NCBI GenBank assembly: GCA_964016885.1
Contig: OZ024742.1
Span: 251,410,001 to 251,474,000 of the forward strand
DNA length: 64,000 nucleotides
Direction of reading: 5' to 3'
From: Eledone cirrhosa
Taxonomy: Eukaryota
Part shown: positions 41,856 through 54,167 of the stretch, piece by piece
How positions within the stretch are numbered: position 1 is the first letter of the stretch
How the letters are laid out: each line of letters begins with the position of its first letter
Notes under the pieces: model-generated
What the model was told of the DNA's origin: nothing
The model's input: the letters and a program-made list of their open reading frames with translations, nothing else
Database searches by the model: none
Position numbers and translations under genes: made by a program

Positions 41856-42425
41856 ATTTCTCTCTCGGAGAATGTAAAATTCTCGAGTTAAAAATTACAA
41901 ACTGGCGCCATACCAAACTGCCTCAGAATGAGAGCAAATCAATGATAAAGCAGTTTTGTCATGGTACCGTGTGCAAAGGCAAAAGCACGGTGGACAGGTC
42001 AATCATGTACTGCTAAAAATAGCAGCCATTCAGACGACCAAAGGTTTCTCTACCATTGGGGAGAATAATAATAAAAGTATGTGTTCCTATAGTCCGACCA
42101 TATGCCAGTTTGTAATTTTTAACTCAAGAATTTTATATTCTCCGAGAGAGAAATGCCTGTGTAAGTATGTGTTCCTCAATGGAAATCCGCTTGGATTATC
42201 TATTGGTTTGGGATTTGAAAGCGCAGTAAGGGCACATATAGTAAATACAGTGATTTTTTAAAATTTTATTTTAGGATTTTTTCTGTATTTGCATTCCCTT
42301 GATTTTATATGTTCTGGCTTGTTAATTTATTAACTTGCCATTGAACCACACTGGCATATAGTCGGACTATACTTGTGTCCCTGTGTGTATTAATTACATG
42401 TAGCAACACATACTTTTATTATATA

Positions 42426-42990
42426 CTAGCAGATGTACCCGGCGTTGCTCGGGAAATGAATGACAGCCAAAGGTTGAGCAAAGAATTGAAATGTAATTGT
42501 AAAAAAAAGTTTAACAAAATGGGTGTATAGTGACATGATTGAGTGAAATAAACGGCAACATAAAAACAATTCATGGGGTAGCTTGAGTTAATTGGCGTGA
42601 ATGATTTCAGGTCCGGCCTTGCTGTAGTAGGTATGAGTAAGGGGATAAAGATGGAATAGACGCACCGTATGTCCTTCAGTAGACTAAACCCTATGCGTAA
42701 GATGGCGCTCCCACTACCACGTTGACCATCCACTGGACATAGAAATATCATTCCTTGAAGCAAATCGGCCTAGTACTTCAAAAGTTAAAGAGAGCCTAGT
42801 ATTTGTACACAGACAGATACACACACAAAATCGATTTTTAGACCCCAATAATTTGGTCCAAAACCTGCTCTGGCATATAAGCAATACGTGTGCCAAATTT
42901 GGTTGAAATCGGCCTAGTACTTCAAAAGTTAAAAGGAGTCTAGTATTTGTACACAGACAGACACACACACAGACCGACTTGCTTTTATAT
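42426..42990 (-). mobile_element. Non-autonomous Helitron
   Basis: Minus-strand end cccgagcaacgccggg hairpin, then tacatctgCTAG|t; 5' tatataaaag plus (TG)/(TCTG) tract; internal duplication 42762-42820 and 42907-42965. Confidence 0.75.
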
Positions 42991-43002
42991 ATATATATAT
43001 AT

Positions 43003-43387
43003 ATATTGTATAAAGCTATGCTTGAAGCGAAATCTTATTTCTTTTCTATTATAAGTTGAGCCAACTTATGCAGCTTCATATGCAAATGAGATTAATCACC
43101 TCATTTACACAGACGAGAAAACTATATATTCTCGGCTGTTTTCAAGTCCAGCAGTCGCAAACGGTGGGAGAGATCGTCCTGACGAAGGCCAATCAAGCAT
43201 GAAATGCATAGACGGTTGTCTCCCTTGCTTTTGCTGGACACCACCAGAGGGCATTAACAGCCCCCCCCCCCCCGCCCCGGTGTTTGCATATCTATGGCTT
43301 CCTAAAACCGTATTTCTTTAGAAATACAAAATTTCTATACATATTGTATAAAGCTATGCTTGAAGCGAAATCTTATTTCTTTCCTAT
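43003..43387 (+). mobile_element. 338-bp hammerhead-containing unit with a 47-bp terminal direct repeat (retrozyme-like or solo PLE pseudo-LTR)
   Basis: atattgtataaagctatgcttgaagcgaaatcttatttcttt.ctat at 43003 and 43341; hammerhead at 43166-43224; (TA)n on both sides. Confidence 0.7.
43166..43224 (+). ncRNA. Minimal type I hammerhead ribozyme motif
   Basis: gggaga-gatcgtc CTGACGA aggc-caatcaa-gcat GAAA tgca TA gacggtt-g-tctccc; long stem I; ATGCAT palindromic stem III. Confidence 0.8.
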
Positions 43388-43392
43388 ATATA

Positions 43393-43426
<34 letters not shown>

Positions 43427-44296
43427 CAGGGTGTGGACGACATCTGTGCGCAATTTTCAACTGCTAATTTTATGCAAATTTTTTTTACTTCCATTGTCAG
43501 TCTTGTCTTCATAAAAACAGTGACTATATTTCCATTATTTATTTTCAGAGTAATTGATTATGAATAATTTTGAACCTCCAAATTTGTGGAAGAGACACGG
43601 AGTTCTTCTTGGAATCTGCGCCGGGAGGACAAATAAGACCAGAAGATCAACTCCCAGAACAACAGGTGGCTCGCTGTTTCATCCAAAGACGTGCCCAGAG
43701 TCATGCAGACAAAGTCTCCAGCGACAACATTGGTCTTAGGTGTCATCAGCAGTCAAGGTGATGTCATGCCACCTCACTTCTTCCCTGAAGGCCTCAAGCT
43801 GAACACCGATGGCTACATCCGCTTTCTGAGCAAGGTAGTAAAGCCCTGGATCGACCAGGTAGCTGCAGATAGGCCGTACGTGTGGCAGCAAGACTCAGCA
43901 CCCTACCATACCAGCCGAAAGACCCAAGCCTGGCTGTCAGAGAACTTCGTCGACCACACTTCACCTGACATCTGGCCTCCCAGCTCGCCTGATTGCAACC
44001 CCCTCGACTTCTTTGTGTGGGGCGCAGTGGAACGAGACACCAACAGATCTAGCTGCAATACGAAAGACGATCTGAAAGCCAGGATCACAAGTGCCTTTAG
44101 GGGCCTAAGTCGGGGGGGACAGTGACGAAGGCCTGTAGCCGGTTCCAAGGCCGCCTTGAGGCTGTCATCAAATCCAATGGCGGGTTTATCGAGTGAAATC
44201 GAAAGAACAAGTGATGAAGACAAACTGACCCAAGTTTGATAAATATATCTTAAAAAATAAAATTGTTATTTTTTCCTAGATATCGTCCGCACCCTT
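43427..44296 (+). mobile_element. Internally deleted Tc1/mariner transposon, DD37D (maT) family
   Basis: TIRs cagggtgtggacgacatct / agatatcgtccgcaccct with TA flanks; VWQQDSAPYH...WPPSSPDCNPLDFFVW has 37 residues between the last two catalytic Asp. Confidence 0.9.
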
Positions 44297-44306
44297 TATA
44301 TATATA

Positions 44307-44512
44307 GGAAAAGAGTCAGGACTCCGATGGCTGAACTCTGGCCGTTTCGACAGCTATATCCAAACCCGAACAGTTGGGATCTAGCTGTCGAAACGGCTAG
44401 AGCTCAGCCGACAGAGTCCTGACTCTTTTCCCATTACCCACTCTACTACCCTAAGTATCGAGTACTCTGGTGTGTTATGGTCCAGCTGGTTTCTTACCAT
44501 ACTCTCTTTGTT
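44307..44512. repeat. Unclassified short repeat family forming a 125-bp foldback (other copies at 48448-48697 and 63615-63735)
   Basis: ggaaaagagtcaggactc...gagtcctgactcttttcc; shared gagtact.tggtg.gttatggtcca.ctggtt block in all three copies, each embedded in (TA)n. Confidence 0.75.
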
Positions 44513-44514
44513 AT

Positions 44515-45075
<561 letters not shown>

Positions 45076-46070
45076 CGTTTCTGAATTTGTTTAGCAAGAT
45101 TCTTTATCTGAAATCGTGTGTTGAAACCGATATTGTTATACTTTGGGAGGGTCATGTTGCCAATAAGAAACACACGCACCAGTTGCTTTCACTTCAATTT
45201 ATTATAATAAATTTATAAATTTAGGAATTTATAAATTTCTGGCTGGTTGGTTGGTTCCACAGACCAGATAGTTGTTTATATATTGTCACAGTTCTTTCGT
45301 CACACATTCTGTGACCTCTTCAGTGACTGGGGATTCTTTTCTTTGTTTTTGTGCCTCTCCTTTGTTCTGTCCTACGCCATTTTGTTTCTGTGTGTGTGTT
45401 GTGTGCTCAGTCTGCGCATGCGCCACATCCGGGTGTCTGTGTGTGTTTATGTTCATTTATTTATTTGTTTATTTACATGTTACTGGTTGGTTGTTTGTTC
45501 TACTGAAGGACAATGTAAAGACAAAAATATAGTGTACATAGGTGAGACAGCTCGTAGCGTAGGGGAACGGATAAATGAACACTGGCGAGACCTTCAAGAT
45601 AGTAAAGAATCATCTGTACTCTACCAACATGCTAAAATAGAACACAAGGGTAAATTAGAGAACATAGAAATAAAAATAGAATCTACACACAGAAAAGACG
45701 CAATGTTTAGACGAATCACAGAGGCAATAAACATAAAAGAATTACAACCAAAATTAAATAGAAAATATGAGTGGAACAGCAACATTACAACTTACAATTA
45801 AGGACAAAATGAAAACACACACACACGTAGAACAAACAACCAACCAGTAACATGTAAATAAACAAATAAATAAATGAACATAAACACACACAGACACCCG
45901 GATGTGTGACGAAAGAACTTTGACAATATATAAACAACTATCTGGTTGTGGAATCAACCAACCAGCCAGAAATTTATAAATTCCTAAATTTATAAATTTA
46001 TTATAATAAATTGAAGTGAAAGCAATTGGTGCGTGTGTTTCTTATTGGCAACATGACCCTCCCAAAGTAT

Positions 46071-46078
<8 letters not shown>
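45076..46078 (+). mobile_element. 5'-truncated Penelope-like element: GIY-YIG C-terminus between inverted pseudo-LTRs
   Basis: 45502-45801 reads CKDKNIVYIGETARSVGERINEH...LYQHAKIEH...RRITEAINI...LNRKYEW; 45131-45503 is inverted relative to 45827-46078; hammerhead motif at 45285-45327 (-). Confidence 0.9.
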
Positions 46079-46136
<58 letters not shown>

Positions 46137-46140
<4 letters not shown>

Positions 46141-47745
46141 CCCTCTTCCTTGTGAGGCAATTACAGGAAAAGTACCTAGCTAAAAGTAAGCCACTCTACT
46201 TGGCATTTGTCGACCTTGAGAAAGCCTTTGACAGAGTTCCACGTGCAGTAATCTGGTGGGCTCTTAGAAAACTAGGAGTAGATGAATGGCTTGTGAAAGC
46301 GGTACAAGCCATGTATAGGGGAGCAGTCAGCAAAGTTAGGATTGGCAATGAGTATAGCGAGGAATTTAGCGTACAGGTTGGGGTCCACCAGGGCTCTGTT
46401 CTTAGCCCTCTCCTGTTCATCATAGTCCTGCAGGCAATAACGGAGGAGTTTAAGACCGGATGCCCATGGGAACTCCTGTATGCTGATGACCTCGCACTCA
46501 TAGCTGAATCTATGGTAGAACTAGAGAATAAATTCCAAACCTGGAAGCAGGGACTAGAGAGAAAGGGCCTCAAAGTCAACATGACAAAGACTAAGGTCCT
46601 TGTAAGTAGACGAGAAAACAGAACCCAGATCCCCTCAGGGAAATGGCCTTGCTCAGTATGTAGGAAAGGTGTAGGTAGAAACTCCATTCTCTGCCCCAAA
46701 TGCAAACAATGGGTACACAAGAGATGTAGCGGGATCTCAGGAAGCTTAATTAAGAATGTAGGATTCACATGCAGCAGCTGTGCTGAAACAGCAAGCAAAC
46801 AGCCACAGGAAACAAGTACCACCAATCTCTGGGAGGGCCCTGTAGAAACAGTAGACAGCTTCTGCTACCTAGGTGACCGAATTAGCAACGGAGGTGGGTG
46901 CTCAGAAAGTACAATAACTAGGGTAAGAACGGGATGGAAGAAGTTTAGGGAACTACTACCACTGCTAGCTGCAAAAGGCTTCTCCCTCAGAATGAAAGGC
47001 AGACTGTATGATGCGTCTTTCCGAACAGCGATGTTGCATGGTAGTGAGACCTGGGCGCTGAAGGTGGAAGACTTACGTAGATTAGAGAGAAACGAAGCCT
47101 GCATGCTCCGATGGATGTGTAACAGTAATATACGTGAACGACAAAGCATAAAGGAATTGAGAGAGAGACTGAGCATAAGAGGAATCAAATGCTGCGTGCA
47201 GGAGAGGTGGTTACGCTGGTATGGACATGTGATGCGTATGAAGGATGACAGCTGCATAAAAAGGTGCAGAGCACTAGAAGTTGATGGAAACCGCGGAGTG
47301 GGGAGACCCAAGATGACTTGGGATGAGGTGATAAAAGCCGACCTTACCCAACTACACCTCTCAAAGTCAATGACACACGACCGTGACTTCTGGCGTCACG
47401 CAGTAATACAGGGTACCCGACATCCCATGGGTACATGCTGAAGCATATAAACAATATGCCCCCCCCCCTCCACCGCAAGGTGGCCGTGGAGGTGCCACGG
47501 CACAAAAAGCACCCAGCCCACACTGTAAAGTGGACGTGTAGGCGCCACGAAAAAGCACCCAGCCCACACTGTAAAGTGGACCTGTAAATGAGGTTGGTGT
47601 TAGGAAGGGCATCCAGCTGTAGAAATCAAGCCAGATCAGTTCCTGTATGAGCAAGGCATGGTCAGCCGACCAGACACTGCCCACAACAAGACAACCCGTC
47701 TAACCCATGCTAGCGTGGAAGAACGGACGTAAAACGGCGATGATG
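46137..47745 (+). mobile_element. 5'-truncated RTE LINE, second subfamily, with an open RT frame to 47441
   Basis: FVDLEKAFDRV, GVHQGSVLSPLLF, YADD, PHD-type finger, FCYLG; (GAT)n tail. Confidence 0.96.
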
Positions 47746-47762
47746 ATATATATATATATATA

Positions 47763-48000
47763 TACTTCAATTTATTATAATAAATTTATAAATTTAGCAA
47801 TTTATAAATTTCCGGTTGGTTGGTTCCACAACCAGATGGTTGTTTATATATTGTCAAAGTTCTTTCGTCACACATTGTGTGACCTCTTCAGTGACTGGGG
47901 ATTCTTTTCTTTGTTTTTGTGCCTCTCCTTTGTTCTGTCCTACGCCATCTTGTTTCTGTGTGTGTGTTGTGTGCTCAGTCTGGTTGTGCGTGTTTATGAT
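47763..48000 (-). mobile_element. Further pseudo-LTR copy of the 45-kb PLE, with hammerhead motif at 47853-47895
   Basis: Co-linear with 45190-45412; minus strand gtca CTGAAGA g gtcacac-aat-gtgtgac GAAA gaac TT tgac. Confidence 0.8.
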
Positions 48001-48093
48001 ATGTACGTATTTGTATGTGTATAATTGTATAGCTATGTATGTATGTGTGTGTGTATGTATACATATATATGTGTGTGTGTATGTGTGTGTGTG

Positions 48094-48240
<147 letters not shown>

Positions 48241-48403
48241 CCTTTTGTTGTCAGCAGTGGGAACAGTTTGCTAAACTTCTTGTATCATATCCTTATTTTA
48301 GCTCATTTACTCTCAGTGTACCCTTTATATCATTAACACTCTTCCTCTCGATTTCTCCTATACATCTTCTACATGAAAAGTTCTCCCTTGCTTTTAGTCT
48401 ACT

Positions 48404-48451
<48 letters not shown>

Positions 48452-48696
48452 AAACAAAGAAAGTGTGGTAAGAAACCAGCTGGACCATAACACACCAGAG
48501 TACTCGATATTTAGGGTAGTAGAGTGGGTAATAGGAAAAGAATCAGGACCCTGGCGGCTTTGTTTTGATTGCATGTCCATATATGGACTTTACCCCTTGT
48601 TCAGCTCGGTCCCTGCCATCCTAATACTACTGGTTTAGTTTGGATCTAGCTGTCGAAACAGCCGGAGCTCAGCCGTCGGGGTCGTGACTCTTTTCT

Positions 48697-48725
<29 letters not shown>

Positions 48726-48727
<2 letters not shown>

Positions 48728-50215
48728 TAACAACGAATATAGTGAAGAGTTTAGCGTAAAAGTTGGTGTCCATCAGGGCTCTGTTCTTAGCCCCCTACTA
48801 TTTATTATTGCCCTTCAGGCTATAACAGAGGAGTTCAAGACCGGCTGCCCATGGGAATTCCTATACGCAGATGATCTGACGCTCATAGCTGAATCAATGA
48901 CCGAGCTAGAGAAGAAATTCCAAACATGGAAGCACGGCCTAGAATCAAAAGGCCTTAAAATTAACCTAGCTAAGACTAAAGTTCTAGTTTGTAGGAAAGA
49001 AAATAAGGGGCCAGTCCCTTCCGGGAAATGGCCATGCTCAGTGTGTAGGAAAGGCGTAGGTAGAAACTCCATTTTATGTCCCAAATGCAAAGTATGGGTG
49101 CATAAAAGATGTAGTGGGATCACAGGTAAGCTAACTAAGAACACAGATTTTACATGTGGCCGGTGCTCTGGTGCAATAAGTAGCAGCAAGTGCCCACAAA
49201 ATACTAGCTATTTCAATTGCGCAGAGGGTTCTATAGAAATAGTGGACAGCTTCCGTTACCTGGGTGACAAAATCAGCAGTGGGGGAGGGTGCTCTGAAAG
49301 TACAGTAGCTAGAGTCAGAACTGGATGGAAAAAGTTCAGAGAGCTTATACCACTATTAGCCACTAAAGGGTTCTCCCTAAAAATGAAAGGCAGGTTGTAT
49401 GATGCCTGCATACGAACAGCAATGTTGCATGGCAGTGAGACCTGGGCATTGTGTGCAGAGGATATACGCAGACTAGAGAGGAACGAAGCTTGCATGCTCC
49501 GCTGGATGTGTAATAGTAATATACGTGAACGGCAAAGCATAAACGAACTAAGGAAAAAATTAGAAATAAGAGGGATCAGATGTTGTTTACTCGAGAGAAG
49601 GCTACGTTGGTATGGTCACGTGATGTGCATGAAAGACGACAGCTGTATAGCAAAGTGCAGGGCAATAAAGATAGATGGTAGCCACGGAGTAGGCAGACCC
49701 AGAAAAACCTGGGACGAGCTGATAAATTCCGACCTCACACACTTACACCTCTCCAAGACAATGTCACTGGACCGAGACCTTTGGCGGTACTCAGTAATAG
49801 AGAAGACCCGCCTTACCTAAATACAAAGTAAAACCTACTACAGTCAGTAGGCATCTCTAACAAAATACACCCCCGTCCCACCACCCCCACCCCATCCACA
49901 CCGCCCCTTTCAATGTAAAGTTATGTTGGTGCCACAACATCCAGGCCGAAACAAATGAGATCGAGTAGGTGTCACGACAAAAAAACACACAGTCCACGCT
50001 GTAATGTGGCCGTGTAGGCAACACGGTAAAAACCTCCCAGCCCCACACTGTAAATGTGGTTGGTGTTAGGAAGGGCATCCAACCGTAGAAAACCCGCCAG
50101 ACAGTCCTATGCGAGCAAGACAACCACTCTTGCCTCAAGTGGGAAAACTCCCGTCCAAACCCATGCAAGCGTGGAACATGGACGTTAAACGATGATGATG
50201 ATGATGATGATGATG
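48726..50215 (+). mobile_element. Young 5'-truncated RTE LINE, near-identical to the 10498 copy
   Basis: Open frame to 49820 with few amino-acid differences from the 10567 ORF; (GAT)n tail. Confidence 0.96.
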
Positions 50216-50825
50216 TATGTATGTATGTATGCATGTATGTATATATACATTTATGTGTGTATGTGTGTTTATCTTTTTGGTTAGTTAGCTAGCTAGTTAT
50301 CTGTGTATCTGTCCTTTGCCAGTACAGGCCCAAGTTAATTTTGTTTCCTGTATTTAACACAGTGGTACACTGCTGTGGAAACAACAGGAGATGAGTCTGT
50401 CCAATAAAAATATTAGTCCTCATTAGGTTTGTAATAATATTACAGTTGAGTGAGTTAGACACTGGTTAAAAACCAGTAGTAGCAAAAGCTTTAACTTCGC
50501 ACTTAACATTCATTCAACTTTCTGCTGACATTCCATTTGTTGTACTGGTTATTTACTATCTTCTCCACTCATGTATTCATGAATCAATTCTTTTTAAAAT
50601 TAGTTTCATTCATAAATTCACTTTCGTAATACACTCGAGTTCATAAAATCCAATAAATTATGTAATCATATGTTTATGTGTGTATATATTTATATATATT
50701 TATATATATTGATGTGTGTGGTTATAATATCCAAAGGTATTGAGAGAATTCAATCTAAAGGAAGAGTAGTAATGTGTTTATTTTCTATGACAAAATAAGC
50801 ATTCACTACACATGTTTCATTATTT

Positions 50826-50928
50826 TCCCGCCGAGGTTAGCTTTGCCTTTCATCCTTACGAGGTCGATAAAATAAAGTACCAGTAATGCACTGGGTAATT
50901 GCTGGCCTTGTGCCTAAAGTAGAAACAA
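50826..50928 (+). mobile_element. 5'-truncated family A SINE with TSD attatttt
   Basis: cccgccgaggttagctttgcctttcatcc...gtagaaaca. Confidence 0.85.
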
Positions 50929-51121
50929 TTATTTTGAGGTAATTAACCAATATAATAAATTCATTAATAAATCTTCAGGTAGCCATACTGGAAAATAGTT
51001 TTCAAAAATATATGCATACTGTTTATATATATATGTACATGCGTATGTGTGTATATATATATATATTATATATGTATGTGTATGTATGTGTATATATATA
51101 TATAGATATATATATATATAT

Positions 51122-51456
51122 CGAAGACCCTGTCGATCACAAATGACCATGTGATTTGCACCTAGAAAGTTCCCCTCTAAGGTATAAGTCCGGGCAAGGT
51201 TGTTTGAGGAAAACCAGCAGTCGCCCATGCATATCAGCCTTCCCTCTCCATGCCACCGATGATGTCTAGGGGAAAGGCTATGGCTGATACAGCTTGGCTC
51301 CAGTGACGCTGCAACTCATTTCTACAGCTGAGTAAACTGGAGCAACATGAAATAAAGTGTCTTGTTCAAGGACACAACGCATCAACCGGTCTAAGAATTG
51401 AACTCACAACCTTTTGAATGCAAGCCCAATGTTCTAACCACTAAGCCATGTGCCTT
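51122..51456 (-). mobile_element. Family B SINE head with a different 3' tail
   Basis: 51313-51456 matches the family B head and core; 51122-51312 is unrelated to the RTE tail of the other copies. Confidence 0.8.
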
Positions 51457-51484
51457 CATATATATATGTGTGTGTGTATGTAAA

Positions 51485-51832
51485 TATTGTTATATTTTGG
51501 GAGGGTCAAAACACAAGCACCTGTTTTTATTACTTCAATTTATTACTCATTTCCAGTTGATTGGTTCAATAGCCAGATGGTTGTTTATATATTGTCAAAG
51601 CTCTTTCGTCACACTTTCTGTGAGCTCCTCAGTGACTGATATCTTATTTTTGTGTCTCTTCTTTGTTCTGTCCTATACACGAAAACAAGATGGTTTAAGG
51701 CAGAACAAAGGAGGGACACAAAAATATGAAATCAGACACTGAGGAGGTCACAGAACTGGAAATTCATAATAAATTGAAGTGAAAACCAACAAGTGCATAT
51801 GTTTTTATAGGAAGCATGACCCTCCCAAACAA
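51485..51832. mobile_element. Older inverted pair of pseudo-LTRs of the 45-kb PLE family (hammerhead motif at 51594-51636, -)
   Basis: Similar to 45131-45375; the right half is inverted; gtca CTGAGGA...GAAA gagc TT tgac. Confidence 0.7.
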
Positions 51833-51887
51833 TATATATATATGTGTCGTGTGTGTTGTGTGTGTTGTGTGTGTGTGTGTGTGTATA

Positions 51888-52346
51888 CAGGTAAAACTCC
51901 ATTATAACAAATACCATTATAACTAATTTTTCAGTATAACAAAACTTTTTTCAAACTCCAGCCACAAACTTAATAAAACAAAGTTAATAAAATCTCGTCA
52001 TAATGAAATTCATTATAAATATTTCAGTACAACAAATGAAAATTGAATCCCAAGCAGCCAAAATTCAAGGTTAGGGGACCAAGATGATCATGATACGCAA
52101 GTTTATAATATGACAGAAAACAAATGAAAGAAACATAGTTGAACATATTTGAAATATATATTTATATTTTATTGCATGATACAGTCATATTGCAGGTTTG
52201 TTTTCATTCATTTATTATTTAATTTTTAAATATGAGGTAATAACAAACAAATGCTCGATTTGTTTCGATCAATCTCGTTATAAAGAATTTTACATTACAA
52301 ATTTTATTTTGTACTCCATGAATTTTGTTATAACGGAATTTCACTG
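51888..52346. mobile_element. pogo/Tigger-type MITE
   Basis: ta|caggtaaaactccattataac ... gttataacggaatttcactg|ta; subterminal tataac repeats. Confidence 0.75.
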
Positions 52347-52391
52347 TATATATATGTGTGTGTGTGTGTGTATATATATATATGTATACAA

Positions 52392-53220
52392 ACAGCAATG
52401 TTACATGGCAGTGAGACATGGGCTTTGTGTGCAGAGGATCTGCGCAGACTGGGGAGGATCAAAGCATCCATGCTCCGTTGGGTGTGTAATAGTAATATAC
52501 GCAAACGGCAAAGCATAAATGAACTAAGTGAGAAATTAGGAATAAGAGGGATCAGATGGTGTTTACTCGAGAGAAGACTACGTTGGTATGGTCACGTGAT
52601 GCGCATGAAAGACGACAGTTGTATAAAAAAGTGCAGGGCGATCAAAATGGGGGAAGTTATGGAGTAGGTAGACCCAGAAAAACCTGGGACAATTTAATAA
52701 ATTCCGACCTCACACACTTACACCTCTCTAATACAATGTCACTGGACCGAGAGCTTTGGCGCTACGCTGTAATACAGAAAACCCGCTTTGCCTATGTACA
52801 AAATGAAACCTACAGTCAGTAAGCACCTCTTAACCAAATATATACCCCATCCCACAACCCCTACTCTGCCCCACCTCCCACTCCCACCAACACCACCCTC
52901 TCTCTGTAAAGTTATGTTGGTACCACAACATCCAGTCCAAAATAAATGAGGTTGTGGAGGTGTCATGACAAAAAAACACACAGTCCACGCTGTAATGTGG
53001 CTGTGTAGGTCACACGGTAAAAACCTCCCAGTTCCACACTGTAAACATGGTTGGTGTTAGGAAGGGCATCCAGCCATAGAAAACCTGCCAGACAGCCCTA
53101 TACGAGCGAGACATGGTCACCCGACCAATCTTTCTTCAAATAGGATAATTCCCATCTAAACCCATGCTAGCATGGAAGATAGACGTTAAACATTGATGAT
53201 GATGATGGTGATGATGATGA
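52392..53220 (+). mobile_element. 5'-truncated RTE LINE
   Basis: TAMLHGSETWAL...RLRWYGHV...GRPRKTW; 3' UTR; (GAT)n. Confidence 0.92.
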
Positions 53221-53514
53221 TATAACCAAATAAAGAGATATATGTATATATATAGAGAGAAAGAGCCATATATCGCACAAGAGACATGGTATATTGTATA
53301 TATATACCAAATACATATTCTGTAGAAGAATACGTAGAAAGGTGAAATCATAAGTGAAACTTTATTTGGTTATTATGGCTCTAGATAATGTCTATTGAGC
53401 TTGCTTATTGAGAAACAATATTTGATATGTTTTGATTCATTATTTGTGTGTGTATATATATATACTTCTTACCTCGAGATTTCCCATCTGCATTGTTGTG
53501 GCTTTCTAAACTAC

Positions 53515-53554
<40 letters not shown>

Positions 53555-53623
53555 GTGTGTATATATATATATATGTATATATATATGTGTGTGTATATAT
53601 ATATGTATATACATATATATATG

Positions 53624-53687
<64 letters not shown>

Positions 53688-53735
53688 ATGAAATGACAGG
53701 AGGCTGGATTTGTGTAAATCCTTGAAAGGTTTATT

Positions 53736-53793
53736 ATACTATGATCATTTCAATGACCGGGTTCCGTATGAATCCGGTGATATCATCAGGTAT
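53736..53793 (-). ncRNA. Type I hammerhead ribozyme motif at the end of a tandem-duplicated element (about 53690-55100)
   Basis: Minus strand: atac CTGATGA tatcaccgg-attc-atacg-gaac-ccggtcatt GAAA tgatca TA gtat; ATGATCAT palindrome. Confidence 0.75.
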
Positions 53794-54167
53794 TCGAAAT
53801 ATAATACGTGAATGTAATAGGTAAAATCCATGGGGCTGAAAATCGAGACCCGAGGGCGACCGCTATTCTGTTCCTTCAACCTCAGCCGGTCGCCCTGGAG
53901 TGACGTGGCTAAATTTTATAGTATGCTACTACCGGTCAGATGAACGAAAACAGAAAGAGATGGGAGCATAGGTTAACGTCGATCCCATGACACAAGGTAA
54001 AAGAAAGAAAGAAAGGAAGGAGAAGAAGGGGGAAGAAAGAAGAAGAGAAGTCAGGGTTAATGTCAGCTAAAAGAGGAAGGTAACTACTACTGGTCAGATA
54101 TAGGCAAGCAAGAGGGGGAAGGAAGATAAGTCTGCGGGAGGAGGAGAGGAGAGAAGGAAAGGAAGAG

